Program-made: the position numbers and the translations under genes
Notes under the pieces: generated by a model
The model's database searches: none
What the model was told of the DNA's origin: nothing
The model's input: only the letters and a program-made list of their open reading frames with translations
Origin: Monocercomonoides exilis PA203
Taxonomy: Eukaryota > Protista > Preaxostyla
DNA: 64,000 nucleotides
NCBI GenBank assembly: GCA_001643675.2
Contig: LSRY02000020.1
Span: 992,001-1,056,000, forward strand
Reading direction: 5' to 3'
Shown here: positions 62,406 to 64,000 of the stretch, one piece after another
Layout of the letters: the number at the start of each line of letters is the position of its first letter
How positions within the stretch are numbered: the stretch's first letter is position 1

Positions 62406-63940
62406 TCAGAAATTTATCATTGTTAATTTTTTCCTTTCGGTAAATAATTTAAATGTAATATTTCCAATTTCATTTGATCTTGGAAGGAAATTCTTTTTTT
62501 GAAAACACTTTTTTGGACGTTCATCTCGAGCTCTTGCCTCTTTGAATGTTGCTTTGAATTGACCAATCACGTGTAGAGGTGACGAATCCGAACAAAACAC
62601 TTCATTACTCAGCTTCTCGTCAACTTCATTTATTTTCAGCACTTTAATTTCCACTATTCTCCAAAGAATTCTTCTTGGTGCATTTGGCCAAAAATTTACA
62701 AGTTGGGATAATTTCGTAAAAGAATAAGAAAATCGAAATAAATTATGAACGAAAGAAAAAATAACACTTTAAAAAAATATAGAAATTTGTAACAGTTTTT
62801 GTCAAATGAGTTTATTAAAATATTATTGGCTTACCAACAATAACGATTGAAAAAATCAATCGACTTTTATTGTTTGTTATCACAGTATCATCATCTAAAT
62901 AGTTGTTGATGTGGTGTGTGAGGCAACCAAACTCTCCATAGCATTCGCTCTTTCCATGTCTCTCACAAAAAAACGACAACGTTGTTTTTTTTCCTTTGGC
63001 GAATGAAGAGTTATCAGATAAAAGAAAATGAAGCAGTTGCGAATTTCTGAAATGCGTACCAGTATCACACATGAAGTGAAACCTCTTTTTATTCAAAAAT
63101 ATATCATCATCCAACACTTGCTTTAGACATTCGATAGCAAAACGATAATTGTGAGATAGGTTGAAGGAGAAAAAGTTAAATACGTGTTTCATTTTCACTC
63201 CTCGATCATCTAATACGAAGATAGACAGTTTTCCTTAAAATCAAATAAAATGAGCACTTCATTTTGTTCTTGAGAACTTTTCAAATACTTAAAATGCATT
63301 TGCTGATTATCTGCGAGTTGTCTCTGATGTTCAAACAGTTTGAGTGTAATCTTCTCGTTTTCATTCAACTTCTCTCGTTTTGCAAAAAGTTGGTTAAAGT
63401 CGTTTCATCAGAAATAAGTAATGATTGCATTGATTGCAAACGTCTGTTTTGCGTTTTGCTTATTTTTGTTGACGTATCATTTTGTTAAAATGTGCTTTTT
63501 TTCATCTTTAAATTTGTTGTTTTTGTTAATTTATGGTGTAATTCAGCCTTTGTTATATTTATAAACCGTGTTGGAGATTTCAAACAATTTTGGTGTGAAG
63601 ATTTTGAACTGATATTTTTTGACGTTTGATGACTATTATGTTGAGATTTGTTGCAATCATCCTTTCATGTTGAATGTGAAATAAAAATATCTTTATGTGG
63701 GAAAATTGATTTCAGCTATATTTGCTTGACACTTTTTGTTTCTGAATAATCCTAATTTTTGGGTTTGAGTGGCTTTTCACAAAATGAATTACCAATTATT
63801 TTATCAAATAAAACCATCGAAGTTTTCACTTTTTCTGAAATACAGTCGACAATTTCAGTTCCTTCATGAGTATTTTTATTTCTTTTGAGAAAAGGTGGAT
63901 TTGAGCCGTCCAAATAAAGTGTTGGCTTGGAGATCTTCAA
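62406..63940 (-). mobile_element. Sola2-like transposase pseudogene, probably continuing beyond the window
   Basis: VLILFDFKEN (~63230), FMCDTGTHFRN and SFFCERHGKSECYGEFG match the recalled Sola2 motifs DFxEN, SDG..FKN and FF..HGK..DG. The third D is mutated to Y. Confidence 0.7.
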
Positions 63941-64000
63941 AAAGTCACTGCTTGTTGTTGGTTGTTGAATTTTCGCATTGGGTTCTCCACCATATGAAGT

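Overview
This is AT-rich eukaryotic DNA, not prokaryotic: it has short GT..AG introns, microsatellites and low-complexity S/E/K-rich ORFs. The style of the host-gene remnants suggests a protist such as an oxymonad or other metamonad, but that is inference only. The window is a dense graveyard of mostly pseudogenised transposons: about 7 Merlin/IS1595(ISXO2)-like, 4 pogo-like, 1 Tc1, 2 PIF/Harbinger-like, 1 Sola2-like, 1 possible piggyBac remnant, and 1 DIRS1-like retrotransposon (gag-RT-RNaseH-methyltransferase-YR). It also holds two GGG...CCC MITE families with 4-bp TSDs, two near-perfect long inverted repeats (586-bp and ~1723-bp arms), a 4 x ~1536-bp tandem array and beta-helix-like host gene remnants. 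The most notable item is a cluster of three divergent stand-alone tyrosine-recombinase genes (Crypton-like, no RT) at 36-48 kb. One has introns, and two are interrupted by different MITEs at about the same interdomain linker, where clean removal of the MITE restores the reading frame. No rRNA, tRNA or CRISPR array was seen.
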